Source: an uncultured Coriobacteriaceae bacterium (lineage in GTDB: Bacteria; Actinomycetota; Coriobacteriia; Coriobacteriales; UMGS124). From it: a DNA stretch of 64,000 bases. Shown here one piece after another: positions 63,749 to 64,000 of the stretch; the first letter of the stretch is position 1, and each line of letters opens with the position of its first letter. Where the stretch lies: contig UQBS01000006.1 of the NCBI GenBank assembly GCA_900539345.1, positions 13,904 to 77,903 on the forward strand, read 5' to 3'. A model generated the notes under the pieces. It did no database searches, was not told where the DNA came from, and saw only the letters and a list, made by a program, of their open reading frames with translations. The translations under genes and the position numbers were made by a program.

Positions 63749-64000
63749 TTACCCTCTCACTGCATAGCGCCAGTACGTTGTGAGGGTGATAACGGCGCAG
63801 ACAAGCAGAAAGCCCAGCATGATGAGGTAGCTCGGCACATAGGAGCCGCACAGGTCGGCGAGCGTGCCGGGCACGATGTTGAAGGCGAAGCCGCCAAGCG
63901 AGTAGGCCACCTGGAAGTTCTTGATGACGCGTGCGCGGCGCAGCGGCGTGGAAAGCTTGAGCGACCACACGGAGATGCCCACGGTGCCCAACGACAACCC
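63749..64000 (-). CDS. C-terminal fragment of a membrane transporter (probably MFS); 5' end lies outside the window
   Basis: Hydrophobic segments: GGFAFNIVPGTLADLCGSYVPSYLIMLGFLLVCAVITLTTYW. The reading frame runs off the window edge. Confidence 0.5.
   Translation of the reverse strand, partial: GLSLGTVGISVWSLKLSTPLRRARVIKNFQVAYSLGGFAFNIVPGTLADLCGSYVPSYLIMLGFLLVCAVITLTTYWRYAVRG

Overview
GC-rich chromosomal segment with strong GC3 bias in the enzyme genes. The gene content points to a gut Coriobacteriia/Eggerthellaceae-type actinobacterium; this is an inference from gene content, not a database hit. A housekeeping backbone is present: aspartokinase tail plus asd, purC and single-chain purL, mihF, a four-subunit 2-oxoacid:ferredoxin oxidoreductase, tlyA, serS, and a GlcD-like FAD oxidase with EtfB and ferredoxin-fused EtfA. 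Interleaved with it are accessory respiratory-reductase loci typical of that lineage. Locus 1 (1.3-6.6 kb) has a multi-TM LuxR sensor and two tandem Tat-exported flavoprotein reductases. Locus 2 (10.2-17.5 kb) is an operon of an unknown acidic protein, a Tat-exported bis-MGD molybdoenzyme, a 4-cluster ferredoxin subunit and a TorD-like chaperone, followed by another multi-TM LuxR. Locus 3 (23.8-29.6 kb, minus strand) has a double-HTH regulator, a lipoprotein, a third Tat flavoprotein and a third multi-TM LuxR. Other content includes a FecCD-type ABC importer, a class-II Fic protein behind an iteron-like repeat and palindrome array, a di-Mop molbindin with a structured leader, and three secreted proteins, two of them with transglutaminase-like cores. 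There is also a PaaK-TSCPD-Rrf2 cluster, an OmpR/HK pair, a fused CydDC-type exporter and an HTH-PBP regulator. The most unusual unexplained signals are non-coding. At 58.41-58.76 kb there are four tandem structured repeats with compensatory stem changes. At 41.70-41.93 kb there is a 96-118 bp tandem repeat abutting the cydDC stop codon. Upstream of fic there are 23-bp iterons and a perfect 14-bp inverted repeat. No rRNA, tRNA, CRISPR array, transposase or integrase was seen. All functional calls come from reading the translated ORFs and raw sequence by eye; no searches were run.
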